Shown here: positions 43,291 through 51,938 of the stretch, in pieces
Position numbering within the stretch: position 1 is the first letter of the stretch
Layout of the letters: every line of letters begins with the position of its first letter
Assembly: GCA_017481225.1 (NCBI GenBank)
Contig: JAFUPM010000026.1
Coordinates: 8,418 to 72,417, forward strand
Direction: 5' to 3'
DNA: 64,000 bases
DNA from: Clostridia bacterium
GTDB taxonomy: Bacteria > Bacillota > Clostridia > Oscillospirales > CAG-272
Notes under the pieces: generated by a model
Told to the model about the DNA's origin: nothing
The model's database searches: none
What the model saw: the letters and a program-made list of their open reading frames with translations, nothing else
Position numbers and translations under genes: made by a program

Positions 43291-43347
43291 TAATGAGAAA
43301 CGCTTGCGGATTTATCGACTTTCCCCATAGGAAACAGTAACGAGAAT
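43254..43347. repeat. 47-nt tandem duplication (~79% identical) straddling the trxB stop codon
   Basis: Copy 1 (43254-43300) includes the last codons and the stop codon. Copy 2 (43301-43347) follows directly. Confidence 0.6.
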
Positions 43348-43474
43348 AAACGAAAAATAAAATAAAAACACCGAAAATGCAAATCAAAGTGAGCATTTTC
43401 GGTGTTTTTTATAAATGAAACGCGCTTTTTACGAAAGGCTTTCAAAAAACTAAACTTGCGCAAGGCGCGAAGCT

Positions 43475-43702
43475 TTAAGGTCTTGTCCAGCCCTCTTCGT
43501 CGAAGTAGCCGCCGCTGGGGAGACCGCTGCCGTCGCCCTCGGAGCCGCCGTTATCTCCGCCCTCGGAGCCGCCGTTCTCTCCGCTGTTATCTCCGCCCTC
43601 GGAGCTGCCCTCGTCGTTATTATCACCGTCATTGTCTACGCAGGAAACCATAACGGTAAACGACAGCATAAGTATAAGTAAAAGTGCTAATAGCTTTTTC
43701 AT
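43475..43702 (-). CDS. Small putative lipoprotein with an acidic Gly/Ser/Asp/Asn-rich repetitive body
   Basis: I prefer the start MKKLLALLLILMLSFTVMVSC at 43702, which has an AAGGAAG RBS. The signal peptide ends in Cys. The body has GGDNSGENGGSEGGDNGGSEGDGSG repeats. Confidence 0.55.
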   Translation of the reverse strand: MKKLLALLLILMLSFTVMVSCVDNDGDNNDEGSSEGGDNSGENGGSEGGDNGGSEGDGSGLPSGGYFDEEGWTRP

Positions 43703-44056
43703 TTTCAATCTTCCTTTATTTAGCCGAGTTCTCGGCAACTTTTTTGTATCTATATTTTACCATAACCCATAGGGCTTGTCAAGGGGTAGTTGAGCCTAGA
43801 TGATATAAAGAGAAGAAAATTAACATAAAGGATATAATTACTTTTACAAGGTGTCGGGCTGTATTTTGAAATCAGCTCCTTGATATCGGGGAGGAGGGCT
43901 GTGTCCTTGCCCGTAATATTGCCGAAGTCACATAACCCCAAAAGATTCCTTGGGTCGAGTCGGAGTATCTCGCAAATCCGCTTCGGCTGCTAAAGGACCG
44001 ACACCCAAACGTCGCATAACTTTATAGATAAAGCCGCCCTACACGCAAGGCGGCTT

Positions 44057-44302
44057 TTACTGTTCAACTTCTAAATCTTCAGAACTGAAAATCTCGTCAT
44101 CTAAAAACTCGGTAAGAGGCATATTGAAGCCTCGGGCAATCATAATCACGGTGCTTAAGGTTACCGTTTTATTTCTTCCATTCATTATACATTGCATACT
44201 TCCGTGCTGTATTCCCGATTCCTGCTCCAGGCGGTATTGGGACATATTCTTTTCGCGCAATAGCTTTGAAATTCGCTTTGCAACAGCGTCGTTGACAGTC
44301 AA
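44057..44302 (-). CDS. XRE-family HTH transcriptional regulator
   Basis: This 81-aa protein has RISKLLREKNMSQYRLEQESGIQHGSMQCIMNG, a Cro/C1 HTH pattern. It starts at TTG with an AGGGGG RBS. Confidence 0.7.
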   Translation of the reverse strand: MTVNDAVAKRISKLLREKNMSQYRLEQESGIQHGSMQCIMNGRNKTVTLSTVIMIARGFNMPLTEFLDDEIFSSEDLEVEQ

Positions 44303-44452
44303 GCTGATACCCCCTGCTAAGAAGATTTAACTCCGTAGATTTACCTACATATATCATTTTACCAAGAAACAGAGAAAATAATAAGAAGGTGTGCCTACAT
44401 ACTCTTGATTTTTTAAATCGCTTGTTAGCCCTTTGCGCGTTTTTATATAAAG

Positions 44453-44482
44453 AAAAAGACGGAAATCAAATTCCGTCTTTTT
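44453..44482. terminator. Bidirectional terminator downstream of the IDH gene
   Basis: The stem agacggaa / ttccgtct is flanked by an A-run and a T-run. Confidence 0.75.
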
Positions 44483-44637
44483 GCTTGCTGTTTTTTAATG
44501 CGATTAAAATGCTTTTAGAATATGCCCGATAAGGTATCCGTCGGGAATGATTTATAGAGTTATTACCGTTTACCTTTGACTTTACCGAGCTGTGGGATTA
44601 AAAAATTGGGTTATAAATTGGGAGAAGGCTGTGTGGT

Positions 44638-45807
44638 TTATACCTTCTCGAGGGTTTCCATAACGTAGTTTGCGAAATCTGCGCAGGTGGCGCCGTCGGG
44701 TCTGCCGGTGATGGTCAGGCGTTTTTCCTCAAAGGAGCAGATGTCGAGGGCGCGCTCGAGTCTGTCGGCGCGGTCCTGGTAGCCGATGTGGGAGAGGAGC
44801 ATTACTACGGCGCGGAGCATTGAGCAGGGGTCGGCGTAAATTGCTCTGCCTTCTCTTACCATTCTGGGTGCCGAGCCGTGGATTGCCTCGAACATCGCGT
44901 ATTTTTTGCCGATATTGGCGCAGCCTGCCGTGCCGACGCCGCCCTGGAATTCAGCAGCCTCGTCGGAAATGATATCGCCGTAGAGGTTGGGGAGAAGGAG
45001 AATCTGGAAGTCGCGGCGGCGCTTTTTGTCAACGAGCTTTGCCGTCATAATATCCGCGTACCACTCGTCGGTGGTAATTTCGGGATAAAGCTCTGCAACC
45101 TTGTGGCAATCCTCGAGGAAGTTGCCGTCGGTGGTTTTGATAACGTTTGCTTTAGTGACGAGGGAAACTCTGGTTCTGCCGTTCTTTCTCGCGTAATCGT
45201 AGGCAAGGCGGGCAATTCTGTCGGAGCCCTGCTTTGTGGTGATGGTGAAGTCTACCGCCAGGTCGTCTGTTACGTTGAAGCCCGAGGAGCCAACCGCGTA
45301 GCCGCCCTCGGTGTTCTCGCGGAAGATGCACCAATTGATGCCCTCCTCGGGCACCTTAACGGGTCTGATGTTGGCGAAAAGGTCGAGAGCCTTTCTCATA
45401 GCAACGTTTGCCGACTCGATGTTAGGCATACCGTCGCCCTTCTGGGGTGTTGTGGTAGGACCCTTGAGGATTATGTCGCAAGCCTTAAGCTCCGCCATAA
45501 CGTCGTCGGGGATAGCCTTGCCGCAGGCAATTCTGTTCTCAATGGTAAGTCCTTCTATGGTCTTGAACTCAACCTTCCCCGACTCAACGAGGTCGGAGAG
45601 CATATATTCAAGAACTCTTGCTGCCTCCTTCGTAATAATCGGTCCGATGCCGTCGCCGCCGCAAACACCTATCTTTATAGTATCTATTGCGCCGTAGTCG
45701 GTGAAGTCGCCCTGGGACTTCATATCCTCAACTCTTACGAGTTGTTTTTCAAGAATTTTTCTGAATTTTTCGCAAGCTAAGTCCAGCTGCTCTTTGTAGT
45801 TTTCCAT
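44638..45807 (-). CDS. Isocitrate/isopropylmalate dehydrogenase family protein (probable isocitrate dehydrogenase)
   Basis: I prefer the start MENYKEQ at 45807, which has a GAGGA RBS. The motifs ENTEG, NLYGDIISD and GSAP(R) of beta-decarboxylating dehydrogenases are present. The operon context with aconitase supports the call. Confidence 0.8.
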   Translation of the reverse strand: MENYKEQLDLACEKFRKILEKQLVRVEDMKSQGDFTDYGAIDTIKIGVCGGDGIGPIITKEAARVLEYMLSDLVESGKVEFKTIEGLTIENRIACGKAIPDDVMAELKACDIILKGPTTTPQKGDGMPNIESANVAMRKALDLFANIRPVKVPEEGINWCIFRENTEGGYAVGSSGFNVTDDLAVDFTITTKQGSDRIARLAYDYARKNGRTRVSLVTKANVIKTTDGNFLEDCHKVAELYPEITTDEWYADIMTAKLVDKKRRRDFQILLLPNLYGDIISDEAAEFQGGVGTAGCANIGKKYAMFEAIHGSAPRMVREGRAIYADPCSMLRAVVMLLSHIGYQDRADRLERALDICSFEEKRLTITGRPDGATCADFANYVMETLEKV

Positions 45808-45987
45808 TGGTTTTTCCTCGTTTTTGTAAATATTAGTAGTCAAATATTGTGGTTTTTGCATTTTGAATGTGGTTTTTAAAGATGTAATTAATTAATTTAT
45901 TTAAACACAAAAAACAGATTTTTGAAATAAAAGAAAATAAGATAAAGTGTATTCGTTATAAATCCGCTAAAGCAAATGAAGCGAAAA

Positions 45988-47919
45988 TCAGCTCTCGGAT
46001 TTAGCGTAATTCAGTGCGCCGCCTGCAAGCAAAATCTCGCGCTGTCTTTGAGAAAGGGTGAGTTTAAGGGGCAGACGTGTCTCGTTTTCGCCTACAACGA
46101 GGGTTACCTCATCGCCCGAGCGAATAGCTTCTGCGAAGCCTTCAATTCTTAAAGAGTCGCCCTCGGATATCTTATCGTAGTCGCCCTCGTCCTTAAGGGT
46201 CATAGGAACGATACCGAAGTTTATAAGGTTAGCTACGTGTATTCTCGCAAAGCTCTTTGCAATAACCGCCTTGACACCGAGATAAAGAGGAACCAGCGCC
46301 GCGTGCTCGCGTGAGGAGCCCTGGCCGTAGTTCTGTCCGCCGAGAATAACTCCGCCGCCCTCCTTCAAGGCTCTTTCGGGGAAGTCCTTGTCGCAGACGG
46401 TGAAGCAGAACTCCGAGAGCTTCGGTACGTTGGAACGGTAGGGAAGTATTTTCGCGCCTGCGGGCATAATGTGGTCGGTTGTGATGTTGTCACCAACCTT
46501 TAGTATAAGCTTTGTGCTAAGTGTTTCGTCGGGAGCTTTGCCCTTGGGAATAGGCTTGATATTGGGTCCGCGCTCGACGCCGAGAGCCTTCGCCGCCTCC
46601 GGCTCTGCGGGCAGCTCTATAAGGTTATCGTTAATGGTAAATTTCGTCGGTAATTTAACACGGGGTGCCACTCCGAGGGTTGTTGGGTCGGTAAAGACAC
46701 CTGCAATTGCCGATGCTGCCGCCACCTCGGGGGACACGAGATATACGCTGGCATCAGCGGTACCGCTGCGGGCGAGGAAGTTACGGTTGAAGGTTCTCAG
46801 GCTGACGCCCTTTGACTTTGGGGAAAAGCCCATACCGATGCAGGGACCGCAGGCACACTCAAGTATTCTCGCGCCTGCCGCAATCATATCCGCCAGGGCT
46901 CCGCACTCGGCGAGCATAGTATAAACCTGCTTCGAGCCGGGGGAGATGGAAAGGGAGACGTCGGGGTGAATGGTTTTGCCCTTCAGCATTGCCGCCACGG
47001 TGAGCATATCAGCGAGAGAGGAGTTGGTGCAGGAGCCTATGCATACCTGGTCAATCTTCATTCCCGCAAGAGAGGAGACGGGCTTTACGTTATCCGGGCT
47101 GTGAGGGCAAGCCGCCAGGGGCTTAAGGGCTGAAAGGTCAACGGTGTAAATTGCGTCGTAAACAGCGTCCGCATCGGGAGCGAGTGCCACGTAGGCGTCC
47201 TCTCTGCCCTGCGCCTTAAGAAAGGCTCTCGTCGCCTCGTCGGAGGGGAATATTGAGCTTGTGGCTCCAAGCTCCGCGCCCATATTGGTTATGGTTGCTC
47301 TCTGGGGAACCGAAAGGGTCTTGACGCCCTCGCCCGCATACTCGATAACTGCGCCCACACCGCCCTTGACGCCAAGCTGGCGAAGGACCTCCAAGATAAC
47401 GTCCTTTGCGCCGACGTAGTCGGAGAGCGCGCCGAGAAGCTCTACCTTAATAACCTTCGGCATAGTGATGTAGTAGGCGCCGCCGCCCATAGCTACGGCA
47501 ACGTCAAGTCCGCCTGCCCCCATACCGAGCATACCGATACCGCCTGCCGTGGGTGTGTGGCTGTCGGAGCCAATCAGAGTTTTGCCGGGTATGCCGAAGC
47601 GCTCAAGGTGTACCTGGTGGCAAATGCCGTTGCCGGGTCGGGAAAATCTGACACCGTGTTTTTTTGCCACGGTCTGTATGTAGCGGTGGTCGTCGGCGTT
47701 CTCAAAGCCCGACTGAAGGGTGTTATGGTCGATGTATGCAACGGAAAGCTCGGTTTTAACCCTCTCAATCTCCATTGCCTCCAGCTGGAGATAAGCCATA
47801 GTACCCGTCGCGTCCTGGGTGAGTGTCTGGTCAATGCGCAGTCCTATTTCACTTCCTGCTTTCATCTCACCGCAAACAAGGTGGTTTTTGATTATTTTTT
47901 CTACTATTGTGTAGCCCAT
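45988..47919 (-). CDS. Aconitate hydratase
   Basis: This 643-aa protein has Fe-S ligand regions (GSDSHT; IGSCTN; CGPCIG) and a swivel domain (GQNYGQGSSREHAA). Confidence 0.9.
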   Translation of the reverse strand: MGYTIVEKIIKNHLVCGEMKAGSEIGLRIDQTLTQDATGTMAYLQLEAMEIERVKTELSVAYIDHNTLQSGFENADDHRYIQTVAKKHGVRFSRPGNGICHQVHLERFGIPGKTLIGSDSHTPTAGGIGMLGMGAGGLDVAVAMGGGAYYITMPKVIKVELLGALSDYVGAKDVILEVLRQLGVKGGVGAVIEYAGEGVKTLSVPQRATITNMGAELGATSSIFPSDEATRAFLKAQGREDAYVALAPDADAVYDAIYTVDLSALKPLAACPHSPDNVKPVSSLAGMKIDQVCIGSCTNSSLADMLTVAAMLKGKTIHPDVSLSISPGSKQVYTMLAECGALADMIAAGARILECACGPCIGMGFSPKSKGVSLRTFNRNFLARSGTADASVYLVSPEVAAASAIAGVFTDPTTLGVAPRVKLPTKFTINDNLIELPAEPEAAKALGVERGPNIKPIPKGKAPDETLSTKLILKVGDNITTDHIMPAGAKILPYRSNVPKLSEFCFTVCDKDFPERALKEGGGVILGGQNYGQGSSREHAALVPLYLGVKAVIAKSFARIHVANLINFGIVPMTLKDEGDYDKISEGDSLRIEGFAEAIRSGDEVTLVVGENETRLPLKLTLSQRQREILLAGGALNYAKSES

Positions 47920-48013
47920 TGCTTTGTCCTCTTTAAGGTTAGTGTTTTGCTTTTAATTTTTAAGGCTTTGCGCTTTAATTTTACTGAGTTTGATTTAGGG
48001 ATTATCTTGTCTT

Positions 48014-48670
48014 TTATCTTTTCTCAAGTGTCAGGAGCAGATTGTCTCTTGCGGCTCCGATGTGGGAGCAGGTAAGTCGCTCCGCTTCCTCGGAATTGCG
48101 ACACTCTATGGCACTTAGGATATCTCCGTGCTCCTTGATTGATGCTTCAAGTCTATCGTGAACCGAGAGAGAAAGCCTTCTATATGAGCGTATGTTTCTG
48201 TGAAGCTCTGTGAGGATTTTACACAGATGCCGTGAGCCCGATGCGCGGTAGATTATACTGTGGAACTCCGAGTCAAGCTCCTTTATGTGGTCGTAGTCCT
48301 TCTTGGTAAGGTAGAACTCGGACAGCTCCTGTGACTCGCGAAGACGGGAAAGCGACTCTTCGTCTATTCTCGCAGCGGCGAGAGATGCCGCCGTTCCCTC
48401 AAGCTTCATTCTGATGTTATAGATGTCTATAAGGTCGTCGGTGCTGACTCCGACTACCACGGCGCCCTTGTTGGGTATTATCTCAACAAGCCCTTCCTCA
48501 GCGAGGGTGTGTATGGCGGAGCGAAGGGGTGTACGGCTGACTCCCAGCCTTTGGGAGAGGGAAATTTCGGTGAGAGAATCACCGACTTTAAGCGTTCCGT
48601 TCAGTATCTCCTCCTCAAGACGGAGAAAGACACTTTCGCCGAGAGATTTAATGTTTTTGTCAACTATCAT
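48014..48670 (-). CDS. GntR family (FadR/FCD subfamily) transcriptional regulator embedded in the operon
   Basis: The N-terminal winged HTH (SLTEISLSQRLGVSRTPLRSAIHTLAEEGLV) is followed by an FCD-like C-domain. The start overlaps the upstream stop by 4 nt. Confidence 0.85.
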   Translation of the reverse strand: MIVDKNIKSLGESVFLRLEEEILNGTLKVGDSLTEISLSQRLGVSRTPLRSAIHTLAEEGLVEIIPNKGAVVVGVSTDDLIDIYNIRMKLEGTAASLAAARIDEESLSRLRESQELSEFYLTKKDYDHIKELDSEFHSIIYRASGSRHLCKILTELHRNIRSYRRLSLSVHDRLEASIKEHGDILSAIECRNSEEAERLTCSHIGAARDNLLLTLEKR

Positions 48671-50049
48671 TTACAAACTCCCCCTTTTAAGCGAGGATAA
48701 TAGAAGCTGATAATCTGCTCAAGCTCCTCGTCGCCCATAAGAGTTGTACGCCCGTCGGCATAGAGTCTGTCTATCTCCTCCTTGACCTTCTTGACTATCT
48801 CGTCGGCCTTGGTGAAGGCGGTTCCGTCGTCGCGCTCGTAGTGCTTATTCATCCAATAAGCGATACCTGCCGTACCCGAGGTGTTGGATATAGCAACCTC
48901 TGCGGGGCGGTTCAAAATCTTCCCCGTATCGAAGATGTTGTATATCTCCGCATCCTTCATAAGTCCGTCCGCGTGAATACCCGCGCGGGTGAGGTTGAAG
49001 GCTGAGCCAACGAAGGGCGTCATAGGGGGAATTTCATAGCCAAGCTCCGCCTTGAAGTAATCGGCAATGTCGGTGATAGCCGTGGGGTCCATACCGTCCA
49101 GCGTGCCTCTGAGTCCTGCGTACTCCATAACCATAGCCTCAAGGGGAATATTACCCGTTCTCTCGCCTATGCCGAGAAGGGAGCAGTTGACACCCGACGC
49201 ACCGTAGAGCCACGCGTTAACGGCGTTGGTTACTCCGTGGTAGAAGTCGTTGTGACCGTGCCACTCCAGCATATCCGAGGTCACGTCCGCATAGTGGTGC
49301 AAGCCGTAAACTATGCCGGGAACCGAACGGGGAAGCGCTGCGCCGGGGTAGGAGACACCGTAGCCCATAGTGTCGCACATTCTGATTTTTACGGGAATTC
49401 CCGCATCGTGCGCCAGGTCGTTAAGCTCGTTTACGAAGGGTACAACGAAGCCGTAGAAGTCGGCTCTGGTAATATCCTCAAGGTGGCATCTTGGACGTAT
49501 TCCTGCGGAGAATGCGGTTTTTACTACTCCGAGGTAATGGTCAAGAGCCTCTTTTCTCGAAAGACCCAGCTTTTTAAATATATGGTAGTCGGAGCAGGAG
49601 ACCAAAATGCCCGTCTCCTTAATTCCGATATCGCGCACGAGGTTAAAGTCCTCTCTTTTTGCTCTTATCCAGGTTGTGACCTCGGGGAACTCGTAGCCAA
49701 GGGACATACAGCGCTCAACGGCCTCTCTGTCCTTTTTGGTATATACGAAAAATTCGCTCTGGCGTATAAGGCCCTTAGGACCGCCCAGCCTGTGTATAAG
49801 CTTGAAGAGCGTCTCTATCTGCTCTGCGGTGTAGGGGGCTCTGGACTGCTGACCGTCACGGAAGGTGGTGTCGGTAATCCAGATTTCCTCAGGCATCGCG
49901 AAGGGCACGCGTCGGTGGTTGAAGGTAACCTTCGGTATTTCGTCATAGGGGTAAATATCTCTGTAAAGATTTGGCTCGTCAACGTCCTGGAGAGAATATT
50001 TGTACTGTGACTGCTCCAGAAGATTTGAATGCTTGTTCTTTGCTATCAT
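48667..50049 (-). CDS. HMGL-like (homocitrate / 2-isopropylmalate synthase family) enzyme, probable Re-face citrate synthase
   Basis: This 460-aa protein has ITDTTFRDGQQ at the start of the TIM barrel and an H.HNDF metal site. It is co-operonic with aconitase and IDH, as for clostridial Re-citrate synthase. Confidence 0.7.
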   Translation of the reverse strand: MIAKNKHSNLLEQSQYKYSLQDVDEPNLYRDIYPYDEIPKVTFNHRRVPFAMPEEIWITDTTFRDGQQSRAPYTAEQIETLFKLIHRLGGPKGLIRQSEFFVYTKKDREAVERCMSLGYEFPEVTTWIRAKREDFNLVRDIGIKETGILVSCSDYHIFKKLGLSRKEALDHYLGVVKTAFSAGIRPRCHLEDITRADFYGFVVPFVNELNDLAHDAGIPVKIRMCDTMGYGVSYPGAALPRSVPGIVYGLHHYADVTSDMLEWHGHNDFYHGVTNAVNAWLYGASGVNCSLLGIGERTGNIPLEAMVMEYAGLRGTLDGMDPTAITDIADYFKAELGYEIPPMTPFVGSAFNLTRAGIHADGLMKDAEIYNIFDTGKILNRPAEVAISNTSGTAGIAYWMNKHYERDDGTAFTKADEIVKKVKEEIDRLYADGRTTLMGDEELEQIISFYYPRLKGGVCK

Positions 50050-50097
50050 AGTAGAATTTCCTTTCTTTGGTAGCGTTCGGTGTATAGGATTGTATTC

Positions 50098-50107
50098 TTG
50101 TATACAA
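50098..50107. promoter_or_regulatory. Candidate GntR operator TTGTATACAA with flanking TGTAT half sites
   Basis: This perfect 10-bp palindrome of the GT-N-AC type lies 49 nt upstream of the synthase start. TGTATAGGAT and TGTATTCT lie immediately 5' of it on the plus strand. Confidence 0.35.
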
Positions 50108-50223
50108 TTTATGAAATTATTATACAGGAGGTGAGGGGATTTGTCAATAGGAAAGTAAAAATTTAATAAATAATTTAATTCTTTTTATTTCTTTATATTA
50201 TTGTTTGGTCTTTTATATATTAA

Positions 50224-50252
50224 TTGACAACTCGGGGTATATGTGATATAAT
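50224..50252 (+). promoter_or_regulatory. Sigma-A promoter TTGACA-17-TATAAT
   Basis: TTGACA lies at 50224-50229 and TATAAT at 50247-50252, 33 nt before the ATG at 50285. Confidence 0.55.
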
Positions 50253-50284
50253 TTTCCTAAAAGCTATATAGAAAGAGACGGAAA

Positions 50285-51652
50285 ATGAGAAAATTTTTGT
50301 ATAAGCATCATAAGCTGACGGTGGCTTTGGTACATATTCTGGCGCTACTATGCGCCGCCTTGGGATTCGTCCTTGCAATTATCGCTTCCCCTACGGAGGA
50401 GCTGAATACAGAGGGGACGGTTTTCCTTTTTGGCGGTATTATTCTTGCGCTTTTTATTGAGCTTGGCGCAAACCTTATTTCTCCCTTCAAATACGGAATG
50501 CAGCTTCTCGGAAGGCTCGGCAAGCTTTCGAGGGGAAGGAAGAGCTTCTCGCTTGGTGAGAAAATAAGCACAGAAGGAAAGCTAGAGGAAATATCCCGTC
50601 GCTTGGAGGAGAAGGGCTACGCTCCGAAAATCGCAAAAGCCCACGACGGCTTCGTTGGCAGGTGGTGTCGCGTGTCGGCTGTGATAGGCGAGAGAAACGT
50701 TGAAAGTTACTCCTCCTTTAGTCTTAATTTTTACCTCTACAAGGCGGAAAATCTCGACACGGGGGTATGGGAAAGCATAAAAGGCGACCTTTCTGAGAGG
50801 CTCGGATGCGACAGAGAGGAGCAAAGAGACAAAAAGGGCAGGGTCGGTATAGTGAACTCTGTGTGTGTCCTTTGCGACTTCGCGGACAGCTGGGTTATAG
50901 AGCAAGCAAGGAAAACTCTTTCAGTAAAGCTCGGCGATACGCTGACCCTTACGGGTATACGCCTGTGTGTGGGAATACCTAAGAATGATATTTATTATCT
51001 TTCCACCGAGCGAGAGCTTGATTCAAACAGCCGTACAAATAAGTCCTTGGAAACGGTGGCGCTTGCCGTATTTGGCGTGGGCGTTGGCAGACTCAACAAG
51101 CTTGGAAACGGATATACAGACGAATATATCGCGGAGCTTGAGAGGGCATACGAAAGCTCGCTTTCAAGTCTTGCAGCTGTGGCTCGTGAAAAATCCGAAA
51201 GTGACCGACAGCAAGAGGAAAAGCAATGGAGAGAGGACCCTGTATCAAGCCTTAAGGAGGGCGAAATGCTTCGCCGCGGCGACGCGATTTATTGCCTTTG
51301 CGACGGCATTTTAGCCGACAGCTTTATAATGCTTCCGAAGGACGCCCTAGAAAGCTTTGAGGAGGAGGACTTCGGCGATATTGAGGATATGTTAGGCGAG
51401 CTTGACGAGGAGTCGGAGCCCTATGAGGCAGAGTCGGACGAGCCCGCACCCACAGTTCCCAAGGACTACAGAGGTAAAATTGTCCTCAGCATCTCCGACT
51501 ACGGGCTGACCCTCCCCAAGGGCAAGCTGAAAAAGCTCTCAAAGGAGCAGAGGGCTCGCGTGTTTGCCGAGACCAGGGAGTACCTGCTCTCCTGCGGCTT
51601 CGAGTCGGTCTACTTCTATAATGAGAAAAAGAAAACCATTGACGAGACGTGA
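50285..51652 (+). CDS. Hypothetical membrane-anchored protein (455 aa)
   Basis: Two N-terminal TM helices are followed by a soluble body with an acidic segment (EEEDFGDIEDMLGELDEESEPYEAESDE). I recognise no motif in it. Confidence 0.55.
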   Translation: MRKFLYKHHKLTVALVHILALLCAALGFVLAIIASPTEELNTEGTVFLFGGIILALFIELGANLISPFKYGMQLLGRLGKLSRGRKSFSLGEKISTEGKLEEISRRLEEKGYAPKIAKAHDGFVGRWCRVSAVIGERNVESYSSFSLNFYLYKAENLDTGVWESIKGDLSERLGCDREEQRDKKGRVGIVNSVCVLCDFADSWVIEQARKTLSVKLGDTLTLTGIRLCVGIPKNDIYYLSTERELDSNSRTNKSLETVALAVFGVGVGRLNKLGNGYTDEYIAELERAYESSLSSLAAVAREKSESDRQQEEKQWREDPVSSLKEGEMLRRGDAIYCLCDGILADSFIMLPKDALESFEEEDFGDIEDMLGELDEESEPYEAESDEPAPTVPKDYRGKIVLSISDYGLTLPKGKLKKLSKEQRARVFAETREYLLSCGFESVYFYNEKKKTIDET

Positions 51653-51740
51653 CACTTATAATTGTCTGGCACAACGTGTGTAATTGTGAGACGAAACGTG
51701 TAAAAACTAAAACACCAATTTGCAAAATACTAAACTAACA

Positions 51741-51775
51741 AAAAACACCGCAGAGTTATTTCTGCGGTGTTTTTT
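51741..51775. terminator. Bidirectional intrinsic terminator
   Basis: aaaaacaccgcaga / tctgcggtgttttt forms a 9-bp GC-rich core flanked by an A-run and a T-run. Confidence 0.8.
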
Positions 51776-51938
51776 GTATAAAATGTAAAGTATAATAGTC
51801 AAAAAACAAGAAAATGCGCTTTGTTTTTCAGACAAACGAATTTAAAATTTTAAAAAATTATGGTTGCTTTCATATAAATGATTTTGACTTTTTGAAATAC
51901 AGTTTGTTTCGGATAAACAATTCTAAGCCTTGGAAAAA

